Below are positions 61,699 to 64,000 of a DNA stretch of 64,000 bases, piece by piece (position 1 is the first letter of the stretch; the number at the start of each line of letters is the position of its first letter). The DNA is from Eledone cirrhosa (lineage: Eukaryota): positions 136,338,001 through 136,402,000 of the forward strand of contig OZ024740.1 in assembly GCA_964016885.1 (NCBI GenBank), in the 5' to 3' direction. Under the pieces are notes generated by a model. That model made no database searches, was not told the DNA's origin, and worked only from the letters and a program-made list of their open reading frames with translations. Both the position numbers and the translations under genes were made by a program.

Positions 61699-64000
61699 GA
61701 TAGATATGTTTCTTTATTAACCACAGGGGCACAAAATAGATATTTCTTTTTATTAGCCACAGGAGCACAAAAGAAAGGGACAAATACAAAGAGGGAAGTT
61801 TACATACAATAAAAACATGTAAAATATTATCACAAATACAATTTAAAAGTTAATCGATTTTCCCCAATAGGGGGAGACATTACATATGGGTAACACATAC
61901 CCCCGAAAAAAATGTGCAACACTCATCTCCAGGAGTACGAAGAGTTTGTACCCTTTCCTCTCCTCCTCTTTTTCCTCAACCTACAGGCTGATATAGAGAG
62001 TAGGCCCATTCACTCGGGCCATTCTCGCCACTTTCACCCACCTTTCATAAAACTTGCTGGGGTACAGCACCTCTCTCTCCATCCTGATTCTTCTTCCAAA
62101 GTGGTATTTGAAAAAAAGAATCAGTTGTTGGCCGGAGAGAAAGGTGTCTAACCTCAGCCCTTTCAACCTTGTCCACCATACAACCTCTTTCGCCATAGCT
62201 ATCATACAAAGGAAAACCGCCTCTCCTTCGTGTTTGAATGAGGGTGGCGGTTTGATCATGACAATGAACTCGGTGGTCAACCGGATTGGTCCCACCCGCG
62301 ACAATAGTCGTTCTACATAGCCCCACAGGTCGGGAACGCCCAGGCAGTGTATGAATGCGTGCGCGACGGCCTCTTCGTCTCGCACGCACCTCGGATAGAT
62401 CTTTTTCGGGATGCCGTGGCTGACGATCGTAAACACGCGCTCAGGTTCGGCATCTCTACGTATTCCTCACCGCACAACCGGTGTGGGCCCCGTTCGTGAG
62501 GCGAGCATTCCCAGGACTCGTTTCGCTGACCGAGCCGCAGTCCTGAGTCAAGCAAAGACCGAGGAATATGGGCGACTGGCCGGGCGCCCATGTCTGTAGA
62601 GCTTGTCTCGAACTGGTAGAGCTCCTCGGAAGCACTGCCAGGCCAGGGACTTTTGGAAGTTGTCCATCGGTCCCGGGCGGAAGGTCCTACCGAACAGACT
62701 GGCCAGTTCGTCTTCCTATACACCTAGAGTTTCTCCGAGCGCATCGTCGCACTTGCTGCGGATCAACCCTCTATAGAATGACGAAGTGGAGTCTCCACTG
62801 ATCGCCGGGTCCGCCTGCCAGAGAGCTGTGACCGCCTGAGCACACTCGATGTGCCAGTCGCCCATATTCCTCGGTCTTTGTTTGACTCAGGACTGCGGCT
62901 CGGTCAGCGAGACGAGTCGTGGGAATGCTCGCCTCACGAACGGGGCTCCGCCGGTTGTCCGGTGAGGAATACATAGAGATGCCGAAGCCTGAGCGCGTGT
63001 TTGCGATCGTCAGCCACGGCATCGCCAGCCCTCCGTTGGAAGGGTGTTGGCAGCAGATGGATCTTCTCACCAAAGGAGCCCGCCTCCTCCAAAAAAATTG
63101 GAAGAGCGCGCGCTCCATTTTGGTGAGCGTTTTGGCTGGACAAGGAACGAGGTCAAGCGGTAGTAGATGGCGGACGCTATAAAAGTGTTCGCCACCTCCG
63201 CTCGACCTTCGCAAACACCTTGGCCGTCACCTCGTTCCAGTTTTTCTCCACCTGGAGGTCCAGACCAAACCAGACCCCGAGCAGCTTTACCTGTCCTTCC
63301 GTCCAGCGTCCGACGACGCCATCAGAAGGCATCGGTTTGCCTCTCCACGATCCGAGTTGCAAACCGATGGATTTGTCCCGGTTCAGCTTCGTTCCTGTGA
63401 ACCTTTCATATTCCTTCAGTAAGGTGCCGACTTCCTCGATTTGCGAGGCGCTCGACACCATTACTGTCACGTCGTCGGCGTAGGTCGACGCCGCTTTCCG
63501 CAGTCCCGGTTCCAGAGGGATGCCCTGCAATAGATCCAACTTCCGCAGTAGTGGCTCGAGAGTCAGTACGTACAGAAGGGAGGAGAGAGGGCATCCCTGT
63601 CGAATGGACCGCGTGATATAGAACAGCTCCGAGAGGTAGCCGTTCACCTTGACCCTTGAGCAGATGCATTGCAGCCATCCAGCCCCTGAACACGGGTACG
63701 AAGCCTGCAGCCTCGAGCACTGCATCCAGGTAACGATGGTCAACCCTATCGAAAGCCTTAGACTGATCCAAGTTGATCAGGGCCCCACCGAAGCCGGGTT
63801 TACACCCTACCCTCTCTATGATGTATCGCATGAGGTGGAGGTTGTCGTGTATGGACCTGGTCGGGATTGCGTATGTCTGCACTTCTCTCACCAGGTTCTC
63901 AACGACAAGCGCCAGCTTCTTTGCCAACACCTTAGCCAAAATCTGTGACTCTGTGTTTAGCAGAGTTATGGGCCGGAAGTTGGCTATGTCATCCCCCTTA
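61699..64000 (-). mobile_element. Tx1 element E3 (RT and 3' end; continues beyond window), decayed
   Basis: DQSKAFD, RQGCPLS, YADD. ORF2 stop at 61981. Close relative of E2, with a duplicated 3' terminus at 61699-61775. Confidence 0.9.

Overview
This is a repeat-dense animal genomic window. The SINE families and (TA)n/(CA)n/(TAA)n/(GATA)n tracts suggest a cephalopod such as Octopus (inference). Host content: two exons of an EF-hand calcium-binding gene (minus strand, ~0.5-1.4 kb) and a tandem array of U4 snRNA genes (two intact-looking copies, one 5'-deleted; 43.5-48.4 kb). Retroelements dominate the rest: RTE fragments; Penelope-like (Naiad-type) elements with minimal hammerhead ribozymes; a cluster of R4/Dong-like RLE retrotransposons ending in (TAA)n; a CRE-like insertion upstream of one U4 gene; and a head-to-tail array of Tx1-clade L1 elements separated only by (ATCT)n. 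The most striking observation is in the Tx1 elements. Two divergent copies each carry a 67-nt GT-AG intron candidate in the 5' UTR. Each also has a consensus splice donor overlapping the ORF1 stop and an AG acceptor formed by the ORF2 stop codon. ORF2 therefore sits precisely inside a putative intron, and its removal regenerates the ORF1 stop with compensating phase in each copy. All calls come from reading the sequence by eye; no searches were run.
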